From Macrostomum lignano (lineage: Eukaryota), in assembly GCA_002269645.1 (NCBI GenBank), contig NIVC01002136.1:1-64000 (forward strand): 64,000 nt of DNA, written 5' to 3'. The notes beneath the pieces are model-generated. The model was given only the letters and a program-made list of their open reading frames with translations. It was not told the origin of the DNA and searched no databases. The position numbers and the translations under genes are program-made. How positions within the stretch are numbered: the stretch's first letter is position 1; each line of letters opens with the position of its first letter. Shown piece after piece: positions 1 to 19,471 of the stretch.

Positions 1-3000
1 GTCTGTAGGTTAGGTGACCAGCTACTGAGAGCCAAAGCCTCAAAACAGACTGAGAGAGCTTCTTCAGTTGTGTCTGTAGGTTTATGTGGACCACCTAAGA
101 GCCAGAGCCCTAAACAGACAGAGAGAAATCTGTTCGAGTTGTGTCTGTAGGTTAGGTGGACCAGCTACTCCAAAGCACTTCTAGGCGATAATCTGAGCAG
201 GAATCTCCGAGAGCCTCTCGTTACACATCCAGATGTTCTACCTCGATGCTGGACTAGCTCACTTTCTAGGAATATGTTCTGATTGCATTCTAACAAAACT
301 GAAGCATTCTCGGCACTAAACTTTCTCGGCGGCTCTGAGAGCCAGAGCCTCAAACAGACAGAGAAATCTGTTCGAGTTGTGTCTGTAGGTTAGGTGGACC
401 AGCTATTCTACAGCACTTCTAGGCGATAATCTGAGCCAGGAATCTCCGAGAGCCTCTCGTTACACATCCAGATGTTCTGCCTTGATGCTGGACTAGCTCA
501 CTTTCTAGGAATCTGTTCTGATTGCATTCTAACAAACTGAAGCATTCTCGGCACTAAACTTTCTCGGCGGCTCTGAGATCCAGAGCCTCAAACAGACAGA
601 AATCTGTTCGAGTTGTGTCTGTAGGTTAGGTGGACCAGCTCCACAGCACTTCTAGGCGATAATCTGAGCCAGGAGTCTCGAGAGACTTTCGTTACACATC
701 CAGATGTTCTGCCTTGATGCTGGACTAGCTCACTTTCTAGGAATCTGTTCTGATTGCATTCTAACAAACTGAAGCATTCTCGGCACTAAACTTTCTCGGC
801 GGCTCTAAGAGCCAGAGCCTCAAACAGACAGAGAAATCTGTTCGAGTTGTGTCTGTAGGTTAGGTGGACCAGCTACTCACAGCACTTCTAGGCGATAATC
901 TGAGCCAGGAGTCTCCGAGAGACTTTCGTTACACATCCAGATGTTCTGCCTTGATGCTGGACTAGCTCACTTTCTAGGAATATGTTCTGATTGCATTCTA
1001 ACAAACTGAAGCATTTTCTGCACTAAACTTTCTCGGCGGCTCTGAGAGCCAGAGCCTTAAACAGACAGAGAAATCTGTTCGAGTTGTGTCTGTAGGTTAG
1101 GTGGACCAGCTACTGAGAGCCAAAGCCTCAAACAGACTGAGAGAGCTGCTTCAGTTGTGTCTGTAGGTTATGTGGACCACCTAAGAGCCAGAGCCCTAAA
1201 CAGACAGAGAAATCTGTTCGAGTTGTGTCTGTAGGTTAGGTGGACCAGCTACTCCAAAGCACTTCTAGGCGATAATCTGAGCCAGGAATCTCCGAGAGCC
1301 TCTCGTTACACATCCAGATGTTCTACCTCGATGCTGGACTAGCTCACTTTCTAGGAATATGTTCTGATTGCATTCTAACAAACTGAAGCATTCTCGGCAC
1401 TAAACTTTCTCGCGGCTCTGAGAGCCAGAGCCTCAAACAGACAGAGAAATCTGTTCGAGTTGTGTCTGTAGGTTAGGTGGACCACCTTCTGAGAGCCAAA
1501 GCCTCAAACAGACTGAGAGAGCTGATTCAGTTGTGTCTGTAGGTTATGTGGACCACCTAAGAGCCAGAGCCCTAAACAGACAGAGAAATCTGTTCGAGTT
1601 GTGTCTGTAGGTTAGGTGGACCAGCTACTCCACAGCACTTCTAGGCGATAATCTGAGCCAGGAGTCTCCGAGAGACTTTCGTTACACATCCAGATGTTCT
1701 GCCTTGATGCTGGACTAGCTCACTTTCTAGGAATATGTTCTGATTGCATTCTAACAAACTGAAGCATTTTCTGCACTAAACTTTCTCGGCGGCTCTGAGA
1801 GCCAGAGCCTTAAACAGACAGAGAAATCTGTTCGAGTTGTGTCTGTAGGTTAGGTGGACCAGCTACTGAGAGCCAAAGCCTCAAACAGACTGAGAGAGCT
1901 GCTTCAGTTGTGTCTGTAGGTTATGTGGACCACCTAAGAGCCAGAGCCCTAAACAGACAGAGAAATCTGTTCGAGTTGTGTCTGTAGGTTAGGTGGACCA
2001 GCTACTCCAAAGCACTTCTAGGCGATAATCTGAGCCAGGAATCTCGAGAGCCTCTCGTTACACATCCAGATGTTCTACCTCGATGCTGGACTAGCTCACT
2101 TTCTAGGAATATGTTCTGATTGCATTCTAACAAACTGAAGCATTCTCGGCACTAAACTTTCTCGGCGGCTCTGAGAGCCAGAGCCTCAAACAGACAGAGA
2201 AATCTGTTCGAGTTGTGTCTGTAGGTTAGGTGGACCAGCTATTCTACAGCACTTCTAGGCGATAATCTGAGCCAGGAGTCTCCGAGAGCCTCTCGTTACA
2301 CATCCAGATGTTCTGCCTTGATGCTGGACTAGCTCACTTTCTAGGAATCTGTTCTGATTGCATTCTAACAAACTGAAGCATTTTCTGCACTAAACTTTCT
2401 CGGCGGCTCTGAGAGCCAGAGCCTTAAACAGACAGAGAAATCTGTTCGAGTTGTGTCTGTAGGTTTAGGTGGACCAGCTACTGAGAGCCAAAGCCTCAAA
2501 CAGACTGAGAGAGCTGATTCAGTTGTGTCTGTAGGTTATGTGGACCACCTAAGAGCCAGAGCCCTAAACAGACAGAGAAATCTGTTCGAGTTGTGTCTGT
2601 AGGTTAGGTGGACCAGCTACTCCACAGCACTTCTAGGCGATAATCTGAGCCAGGAGTCTCCGAGAGACTTTCGTTACACATCCAGATGTTCTGCCTTGAT
2701 GCTGGACTAGCTCACTTTCTAGGAATATGTTCTGATTGCATTCTAACAAACTGAAGCATTTTCTGCCACTAAACTTTCTCGGCGGCTCTGAGAGCCAGAG
2801 CCTTAAACAGACAGAGAAATCTGTTCGAGTTGTGTCTGTAGGTTAGGTGGACCAGCTACTGAGAGCCAAAGCCTCAAACAGACTGAGAGAGCTTCTTCAG
2901 TTGTGTCTGTAGGTTATGTGGACCACCTAAGAGCCAGAGCCCTAAACAGACAGAGAAATCTGTTCGAGTTGTGTCTGTAGGTTAGGTGGACCAGCTACTC

Positions 3001-5020
3001 CAAAGCACTTCTAGGCGATAATCTGAGCCAGGAATCTCCGAGAGCCTCTCGTTACACATCCAGATGTTCTACCTCGATGCTGGACTAGCTCACTTTCTAG
3101 GAATATGTTCTGATTGCATTCTAACAAACTGAAGCATTCTCGGCACTAAACTTTCTCGGCGGCTCTGAGAGCCAGAGCCTCAAACAGACAGAGAAATCTG
3201 TTCGAGTTGTGTCTGTAGGTTAGGTGGACCAGCTATTCTACAGCACTTCTAGGCGATAATCTGAGCCAGGAATCTCCGAGAGCCTCTCGTTACACATCCA
3301 GATGTTCTGCCTTGATGCTGGACTAGCTCACTTTCTAGGAATCTGTTCTGATTGCATTCTAACAAACTGAAGCATTCTCGGCACTAAACTTTCTCGGCGG
3401 CTCTGAGATCCAGAGCCTCAAACAGACAGAAATCTGTTCGAGTTGTGTCTGTACTCTGTAGGTTAGGTGGACCAGCTACTCCACAGCACTTCTAGGCGAT
3501 AATCTGAGCCAGGAGTCTCCGAGAGACTTTCGTTACACATCCAGATGTTCTGCCTTGATGCTGGACTAGCTCACTTTCTAGGAATCTGTTCTGATTGCAT
3601 TCTAACAAACTGAAGCATTCTCGGCACTAAACTTTCTCGGCGGCTCTGAGAGCCAGAGCCTCAAACAGACAGAGAAATCTGTTCGAGTTGTGTCTGTAGG
3701 TTAGGTGGACCAGCTATTCTACAGCACTTCTAGGCGATAATCTGAGCCAGGAGTCTCCGAGAGACTTTCGTTACACATCCAGATGTTCTGCCTTGATGCT
3801 GGACTAGCTCACATTTTTAGGAATCTGTTCTGATTGCATTCTAACAAACTGAAGCATTTTCTGCACTAAACTTTCTCGGCGGCTCTGAGAGCCAGAGCCT
3901 TAAACAGACAGAGAAATCTGTTCGAGTTGTGTCTGTAGGTTTAGGTGGACCAGCTACTGAGAGCCAAAGCCTCAAACAGACTGAGAGAGCTGATTCAGTT
4001 GTGTCTGTAGGTTATGTGGACCACCTAAGAGCCAGAGCCCTAAACAGACAGAGAAATCTGTTCGAGTTGTGTCTGTAGGTTAGGTGGACCAGCTACTCCA
4101 CAGCACTTCTAGGCGATAATCTGAGCCAGGAGTCTCCGAGAGACTTTCGTTACACATCCAGATGTTCTGCCTTGATGCTGGACTAGCTCACTTTCTAGGA
4201 ATCTGTTCTGATTGCATTCTAACAAACTGAAGCATTCTCGGCACTAAACTTTCTCGGCGGCTCTGAGAGCCAGAGCCTCAAACAGACAGAGAAATCTGTT
4301 CGAGTTGTGTCTGTAGGTTAGGTGGACCAGCTACTCCACAGCACTTCTAGGCGATAATCTGAGCCAGGAGTCTCCGAGAGACTTTCGTTACACATCCAGA
4401 TGTTCTGCCTTGATGCTGGACTAGCTCACTTTCTAGGAATATGTTCTGATTGCATTCTAACAAACTGAAGCATTTTCTGCACTAAACTTTCTCGGCGGCT
4501 CTGAGAGCCAGAGCCTTAAACAGACAGAGAAATCTGTTCGAGTTGTGTCTGTAGGTTAGGTGGACCAGCTACTGAGAGCCAAAGCCTCAAACAGACTGAG
4601 AGAGCTGCTTCAGTTGTGTCTGTAGGTTATGTGGACCACCTAAGAGCCAGAGCCCTAAACAGACAGAGAAATCTGTTCGAGTTGTGTCTGTAGGTTAGGT
4701 GGACCAGCTACTCCAAAGCACTTCTAGGCGATAATCTGAGCCAGGAATCTCCGAGAGCCTCTCGTTACACATCCAGATGTTCTACCTCGATGCTGGACTA
4801 GCTCACTTTCTAGGAATATGTTCTGATTGCATTCTAACAAACTGAAGCATTCTCGGCACTAAACTTTCTCGGCGGCTCTGAGAGCCAGAGCCTCAAACAG
4901 ACAGAGAAATCTGTTCGAGTTGTGTCTGTAGGTTAGGTGGACCACCTTCTGAGAGCCAAAGCCTCAAACAGACTGAGAGAGCTGATTCAGTTGTGTCTGT
5001 AGGTTAGGTGGACCAGCTTC
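1..5020. repeat. Composite satellite: ~240-bp long units interleaved with ~70-bp core modules (higher-order structure); runs off the left edge
   Basis: Core GAGCCAGAGCCTCAAACAGACAGAGAAATCTGTTCGAGTTGTGTCTGTAGGTTAGGTGGACCAGCTACT recurs throughout. It is followed either by a ~170-bp extension (CACAGCACTTCTAGGCGAT...GGCGGCTCTGA) or by a diverged core variant (GAGCCAAAGCC...TATGTGGACCACCTAA). Confidence 0.95.
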
Positions 5021-5423
5021 TCTACAGCAATTGAGTTGCAGGCCCTGCAGCTAGCTACTTTGAGATCATCAAACGAAACTCACTTTTCTGGACTCGGTGT
5101 CGACGGATTTGCGAGCAGACTGATGATTTTCACCAGGCGATGCGGCTTCTTCGATTTCGCAGTGGCTTTTTGCGACGGTGTTTTTTTAGTTTTTATTTTA
5201 GGCTTGGCGTCCTTTTTTGCGGGTTATCATATCTTGGTTGTAGATTACAGTTTTTGGCACAATAAATTTATATGTGGATGAAACTTGGAGTAAGGATTAA
5301 CATTAGACCTATTAAGTATAAAAAACCGTTCTAATCTATACAATTGCAATCCTTTAGAGTTGTATAGTATGGATTATAAGTACTTTCTTTTAAACTGTCT
5401 GTGTCTGGTCTCACTACGCCATG

Positions 5424-6747
5424 GTTTACGTGGACCACCCGCTTAGACATTATATATCCCTCTCTCCACTGTCTTACCTTCAGAACGCTTGCGGGTTTCC
5501 TATTGGCTGCGGTCGGTCCCATTGTTGGGGTGGATCTATCCTCCTAAGTGTTAACCAGCCAATTATAGAAAGGGAGGTCTGTCTGTCTGTCTGTTCCAAC
5601 CCTATACTCCTGCACATGTGTTTACGTGGACCAAACAGACAGTGAGTGTTAGGCTGACTGTTAATGCGTTCTTAGTTTTACTGGGACCGCAATCAAGTCG
5701 ACCTTTTGCTAGAGAGTCAGAGACCCGATCGCTAGCTAAAAGGCCCTTCTTAATTGCGTCCTCTTGATCAAATCTTTTGCATGTACATGTATGAATTGTC
5801 CTTTTCAATTAGGTAAATTGCATCTTCAACTTTGCACTTGAAAGGCTGCAGCTTAGGATCTTCTTCTTCCAACATTGGAGGAGGATAGAACAGGATATCC
5901 CATAGTGTTTAGGATAGAATTGGCAAGCACTTAATTCATGAAGTTGCTATTTTCTTCTTGTGTAATGGTAGAGCCTCAGAAATTCGCATTTACACAGTGT
6001 GGCTATCAAGGACCACTGGGAGTTCTTGAGAAGTCATTGAAGAATACTATTTAAGCTTCACTTAAATATCTTTCTTGTCTCGGAGTCTTTATCGTTTGAT
6101 CTGGTTAGCGAATTGGATTTCTTTACGTTGGTGTCTTACTCTGTGAGTCTGTGCTCAGAGTACGATACCGGAATTGCTGGAACTGAGCTGATTAAATGGA
6201 GTTTAAAGTTTACTGTATCAAATTCATTTCGCATACGAGGTTTCAGAATTTTTAATTAACCTGCGCACCTACTTGAATGTCAAAGAACTGAACGCATATT
6301 GTTTTAAAGCCAGTAGCGGTCATAATATGATGCCAACATAGCCCTTTGTTCGTAAGGTAATGATCTGTAAAAAATTCAGTTTTGCATTGAATCTATGCTT
6401 AATAACTGCTATACACAAACAGACACAAACAGACACAAACAGACACAAACAGACGATTTCGAAAAATTTTCTGAAATTTTTCGGTTTACGTGGACCAGAC
6501 TCGCTCGTTTAGGTAGACCAGGCTGGAGGTCCAGCTAAACTGAAATGCAAATAACTTTGGCAAAATCCATGCTAGACATCCCAAAATTGCTTAAGCCTTT
6601 CTTGACCCGCCTGACATTAATGTGAGATCCTCATCAACGTCTTAACCCCACCAGAGACAAAATTATTTGGTGGTCCACCTAAGTGGTCTACCTACACCGG
6701 TTGGTCCAGCTAACGAGGCTACTGAACTTCCAAAAAGTCCACGTAAA
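5424..6747. mobile_element. Probable non-autonomous DNA-transposon remnants sharing the motif GTTTACGTGGAC(CA)
   Basis: GTTTACGTGGACCA at ~5424, ~5619 and ~6484, and the inverted copy GTCCACGTAAAC at ~6736-6747. Variants of TAGGTGGACC/GGTCCACCTA cluster at 6505-6540 and 6670-6712. Confidence 0.4.
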
Positions 6748-9049
<2,302 letters not shown>

Positions 9050-9638
9050 TGCGCCAATGAAAGCAACACGTTAAAGACATGCCTCATACCGATCATAATT
9101 TAAAGGCAAAAATTCAGTCCGTGAAAGCCAGAAACAAATCTGTCACAGAACTGGAATTACTGTAATCTTTACACCAGGTGATGTGAGCAGCTTCAATACG
9201 TGTAAGCACAGAGATACACAGGTGAATGTGATACGCATTGGCTTAGCATGGAGTCCGATGGGCACTGCGCAGCGCGTAAACAATTTCGGACAGGTTTATT
9301 ACGCATTCCAAGTGACATTGATAAGCGGATATCAATCAATCAATTAATCAATACCTTTGCGCAACGTCTGGGCATCAGCTTCAGTTAGCAGCTGATAAGA
9401 TGCTGATAGACCTGCATGAACTGAATATTATTTATATTGCGGTTTCAATAAGTAATAAATTTACTAACAACTAGCTCGGTGATGGCTTCAATTTCTAATG
9501 CTCTACTATGAGTAGTGAAGTCTGATTTCTAACACTACGATGTTTTAACGAAAAACAGATAAATGACAAAACGGGGCAATAGATGTCCAGACAGGATTCA
9601 CCGGTGATACTAATCATCAGCTAATTAGATGAACTCAC

Positions 9639-14281
<4,643 letters not shown>

Positions 14282-15512
14282 ATTATTGCAGCATGTATCC
14301 TATCAACTGCATGTAGCACGTCGGAAAATTAAACGAAATTAAAATATTTAAAGATCACTAGTTACCTCAACTTCAAAAGAGATTTTTGACTTAGCAAAAC
14401 AAGAAAATATAAGAACAACTTAAACTTGGTTTAGTCGTTATAGAAGCTGTAGTTTAATAAATTTGTGTAAAGAATTAGAGAATTTTGTTTCACTGATCCA
14501 GTTCTTTAAAATTAGTTGCAGAAATTTAAAATTAATTTTCTTCTCGTTTTTGATTATTACTAATTGACTTGATCTGAACGTTTTTTCGAATTTGTGTTTC
14601 TAATTTGACATTTTCTCCATTCCTACTTCATTTTGCGTCAGTATTTCTGAAGCCTTAGTGAAAAGAGTAACATTTAAAAAAAATTACAAGCTTTTCCATT
14701 TCCGGAAATCAGATATTTTGTCAAATTACTATGCCTAGGGGCCTGTCTATTAATTAATTAAAGAAGTGTGCTTGTGAAGTATGCTTCTTCTATCTGTATC
14801 TTGCACACTTTTGATTTTTTGGAAGTCTTCAGTCATAATTTACTATTTTAATCCCAGATTAAACTACTTTATTTTAGTATAACTGTCGAAGTGTCAGTTG
14901 GAAGTGAGTGCTGTGGTAATAGCCCTAGTATGAATAGGCCTAGGCCTTTCCCCTTGTATCGTATGCTTGACTGACAATATTGGCATAACTTCGGTTTGCT
15001 GCTCTAAGTTTTTTCTGAATTATTCAAGAAATTCAGGAATTATTATTCAGGAAATATTCAGCATTATTAAAAACCAATTTTAATATATCATACTAGCATA
15101 AAATTTTCTCAGTAGTCAAATATAGATCTTTTAACACTTCTCAAAATATCTGTCATTGCAATTCTAGCACTTTTTAATCTTGTCAAACTATGCAAAAAAC
15201 ATGCCCCCAAATGGTCTCTATTGATCTTTGCTAGTTTGTTTTCCATTGCATTTAGGCCTAGTAGTTTCTCTTGGATATCAAAATGTTTCTCTTTTAAGTT
15301 CTACTTGATTTTTAAAAATAAAAAAAATTGCAATGTTAAATCAGGTGAATATGGTGAATACAGCAGTAGTATCAAGTTTGTTGCTGACAAAAACTTTGAT
15401 ATCACTTGGGCCTTATATGCCAATGCATTGTTATAGTCTAGGATAAGCAAAACTAAAATTTAGAATTGGGAGTTCAATATAGGCAATTTGGCAATGGCAT
15501 AAGGGAACTGTT

Positions 15513-16229
15513 TACTTTGGTGACAGTCAGTTTGGTGACAATCATTTCGGTGATGACCGTTTCAATGACAGGTTACTTCAATGACAAACGTGTATTGAGC
15601 CAATGCAAATGGTTCAATAGGACATTTTTGTAAAAAAAACCTTTTGGTCAATAATTTAAAATCAATTTTCAATTTAAGTTAAAATAGTTTTCTTAGAAAT
15701 CACTATCTTTCAATGTCCTCCTAAGTGAAGATACAAAATATATGTAAGGTACAATATAATTTTTTGTTTAAGCAAAGGGTTTCTAAGAAATAAACATGAA
15801 AAAATTGCTCTAAGAAATAAATCTAAGCCTTAATTAATCTATCTTATAATTTTACCTTTACATCTATGCTTTGCTGATATGTATGGACACAATGTTTTAT
15901 ATATTTATTTTGTAAGCTTTTGACAAGTTACATTTTCAACGAAATAATATAGCATGTTTCTGAGAAGCTATGTTCTTCTAGGAGAAAATATCTTCTTCAT
16001 AGGAGATATGTTCTTTTTCTTAAAAACACCTTAATTTAAACAAGCAGTATACTTCTTTTTCAAAACTGACCTATTTAAGCAAGGCATTAAATTACAAATG
16101 ACTAATCTAGAGTATTTATTTCAGTTTAGATGTGAAATTATGCACACATTATTTTGTCACCAAAGTAACCTGTCACCAAAATGGATGTCACTGAAGTGAT
16201 TGTCACCAAACCGACTATCACCAAAGTAA
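15513..16229. mobile_element. MITE-like element with ~77-bp imperfect terminal inverted repeats
   Basis: 15513-15588 TTACTTTGGTGACAGTCAGTTTGGTGACAATC...GACAAA is the imperfect reverse complement of 16153-16229 TTTGTCACCAAAGTAACCTGTCACC...CACCAAAGTAA. The interior is AT-rich and non-coding. No target-site duplication identified. Confidence 0.65.
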
Positions 16230-17024
16230 CCATAATTCTGGCATAATGGCAAAAAATGAATGTTTTGCCATTTTTAATTTTGACATGTTATGGCATGCCT
16301 ATGACAAAAAAATCTAGTGTAGCACTCTGCTATCATTGTGGCACTGCATTCTTGTCTAGTATCATAGGTGGTAGAAATCCTACAAAAATGTAAAACTATG
16401 ATTATCACTTTCCTGACCTAATGTTGTTTTGTTACAAATTTCACTGGTAATTCTTCACTATTAGCTATCCATTGATGGCTCTGAGCTTTAGTTTTTTAAT
16501 TATTAATAAAAGTAGATCCAGGTTTTTCTAGATACTAGCAGAGAGGCTCTTGCATTGAACTAATGCAACATAGACTGGCAAAAACTGACTTGGGTTACAT
16601 TGTGCTAGTCAGTTAGCTGATAGGGTATCCCTCTTGCATATAGTTTGCATATGCCAAGGCCCAAGTGGATTGTGCAAAATGGAATTTATAGTGCCATCTA
16701 ACATCCTACATTCTATACAAGCTTATGGTTATATATATCTTTGTCAGACAGAGGCCTCATAGCAGCCATAGTTTTAGGCCTAATAGCCAAATTTGGACAT
16801 CTTTTAGACAGACCAGTTTGAAAATAAACTCATATATTTGTACCCAATACTATAACTTAGGGCTTCACTTTACTTCACTGTTTAAAGCATCAGCAAGTGC
16901 TATTTTAGAGAATTTCTTAGGCAGAAAAGCAGTAATAATATGGCTCTTTTGTTACACTGGGTCAGACTTAGGGACTGTTACAAGTTTGTACTGAAACACT
17001 AGGCTCAAAGCCCTGAATATGCGC

Positions 17025-17215
17025 TGTAGTACCTTCGGCCTTCTTTTGCCAATGTTTGCTTGGCACATTTAACTTTTTTATTTATTTTACTTATTTCCAA
17101 GCAGTTTGCCTTTAGTTAGGCTCTTGTGCTCAATACAGGCAAATGAAATAGTCTATGATCATACTTCAGTTAAAAATAAACTTAAATCTGCTCAGGCAAA
17201 AGCCAGCCCGCAGCA
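17025..17215 (-). mobile_element. Putative 3' LTR (~190 bp) of the Gypsy element, preceded by a polypurine tract
   Basis: On the - strand, GAAGTGGGGAGG (17227-17216) is directly followed by TG..., and the segment ends ...GGTACTACA with an AATAATAAA signal inside. No 5' LTR is present for confirmation. Confidence 0.5.
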
Positions 17216-17240
17216 CCTCCCCACTTCAAAAGTTTACAGT

Positions 17241-19471
17241 TCATTCTTTGTAATGCACTCTTGGCTTAGTCAACAGTCTTTCACTTCTCCGAGGTTGCCA
17301 TTGGTGCTGCTCTGGCTCCTGCACCGGCTCTGGTTCTCCAGGGAACGTATCTGGAGGTTGATTCACCTCACTAGCACCATCAGCAACCAGTTGTTCCGAG
17401 TCAGTGCCCTTGTCGCCACCAGACTGGAAACTTTGCATCTGGTCCCGGTGTGCCTTTTTGTACACGCTGTTGTCAAGCTTGATAATAGCGGTGTTTCGAC
17501 CAGTCGGTAAGACGACTCTAGCCAACAACGTAGCTCTCTCTGTCTTGTACACGACCTCGTCATCACAAAAAAAATCCAACATCAAAGGAGTCCGAATGTT
17601 TCGACCTAAAAACTTCTCCGACAGTGTCCCGCCATCGTTTCCTTTTGATGATCGATAAAACAGCAGGAATCTGTCAATGTTTTGTTGACTCAAACCTAAT
17701 GCTGACACGGATTCTTTCACAGTATGGACAAATCATTCAGCTACCCCATTACTCTGAGGGTGGTACGGAGGTGTTGTTACATGGTTGCAACCAATAGCTT
17801 TCAACCAGTGCGTTGTCTCCGCTGAGATGAAGCTAGACCCATTATCAGTCACAAGAGTCTTTGGTACGCCCCACTGCGAAAACGTCCTTCGAAATCTGGA
17901 AATTACTGTCGACGATTCCATATTGGTTGTCAAATGCACTTCTGGGTAGTTGGACATTGCATGCACAAGTATTAGCAAGTACTGGCCATCTATAGGACCT
18001 GCAAAATCAGCATGTACACGCTCGCATGGCTCCGTGGCTGTTGGCCAAGATGTCAGGAAGCTTCGATTACGTGGCTTAACCATCTTACAGGTTACGCAGC
18101 TTCCGATGTGCTGTTTCACGTCTTTATTTAAACCGGGCCACCAGAACTGGGATCTCAAAAGTGACAAAGTTCGATCTATGCCCAAATGGGTGCTGTGTGC
18201 TGTCTGAATTGCAGAAAACCTCAGACTCTTCGGCAGAACAATTCGCGTATCTCTGATGACAATGTCTGACTCAATTGTTAGTTCATCCGCAACTGCCTTA
18301 AAAGGACAAATACTAGGATGGTTGAAGTTACTGGACCGAATAGCTTCTTTCAGCAGAAAAAATTCTGGGCAATCCATTGATTGTTTTTTTACCTCCTCAG
18401 CAGATATGATTGTTGAAGGTAGTTCGATACTCCCGACGGTGTATGTCTGCACTGTATCATCCCTTAACAATCGTGACAAGGCATCTGATTTCATAAATTT
18501 TGACCTCTGATATTCGATAGTAAAGTCAAAAGCCATCAACGATATCGCCCACCTCTGCAGTCGTGCTGACACGCGCATAGGCAAGCCTTCGTTTGGACCA
18601 AAAATGTACGTAAGCAGTCTGTGATCCATGATTAGAGTGAAGTGACGCCCTGCAAGAAACCGCTGGCACCTTTGCGTTGACCAGATAATTGCTAGAGCCT
18701 CCCTCTCGATCTGAGAATATTTTTTCTCAGCTTTCGACAGTCTCTTGCTGATGTACAAAACAGGCATGTTGTCTTGAATCAGAACTCCGCCCAGTCCTTT
18801 TTGGGAAGTGTCACACTCCAACGTCACAGGTTTCTTCGGGTCGTAATTTGCCAGAGCTATATTTTCCATCAGCATGGACTTGATCCGCATGAATGCGCCT
18901 CATCTTGCTCAGATCCCCATTGAAAATCATTTCTTTTGCACATTAATCTAGTTAGCGGTTCAAGGTAGTGTGACAGATTTGGCACAAATCGTCCACTAAA
19001 ATGGACAAGCCCAATGAATGATTCCAGTTCTGCCATCGACTCTGGGACTTCCATCTCTCGAAGAGCTCTCACTTTCTCAGGATCCGGTCGAATCAAGCCA
19101 CTGTCCAAGATAAACCCTAAGAAACGCACACGAGACTGACAAATCTGGCATTTCTCTTCGTTAACATTAAGGCCATGCTGCTCAAGACGTTCTCTCACTT
19201 GATCCTTGCAATATTTAAGTTGCTTCTCTGATTTACCACCAATCAGAATATCATCAATGTAGGCGATTGAACCTTCAATACCCTGGATTACATGGCTGAT
19301 GTAGTGTTGAAATATGCTCGGAGCTGTCCGAATCCCAAACACCAGACGGTTGTACTGATAATTCCCAAAGGGCGTAGACATGACAGTGAGAGGTTTGGAA
19401 TCCTCATCAAGTTCAACTTGATTGTACGCGGCTTTCAAATCCAATATCGTGTAAAGCCAGCATCCTGCCAC
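17241..19471 (-). pseudogene. Decayed Ty3/Gypsy (K02A2.6/Mag-like) pol: RT, RNase H, integrase; 5'-truncated
   Basis: RT motifs LDLKAAYNQV, YQYNRLVFG and YIDDIL; RNase H TLECDTS, YSQIEREALAI and LQRWAISLMAFDFTIEY; integrase zinc-finger remnants, RVHADFAGP, LVTDNG and PYHPQSNGVAE. Frameshift near 18880 and an in-frame TGA at 17733-17735. Confidence 0.92.

Noticed and set aside
1-5020. CRISPR-like or hammerhead-ribozyme interpretation of the satellite
   Set aside because: The sequences between cores are identical rather than unique spacers, the context is eukaryotic with no cas genes, and no correctly arranged CUGANGA/GAAA core was found on either strand by eye.
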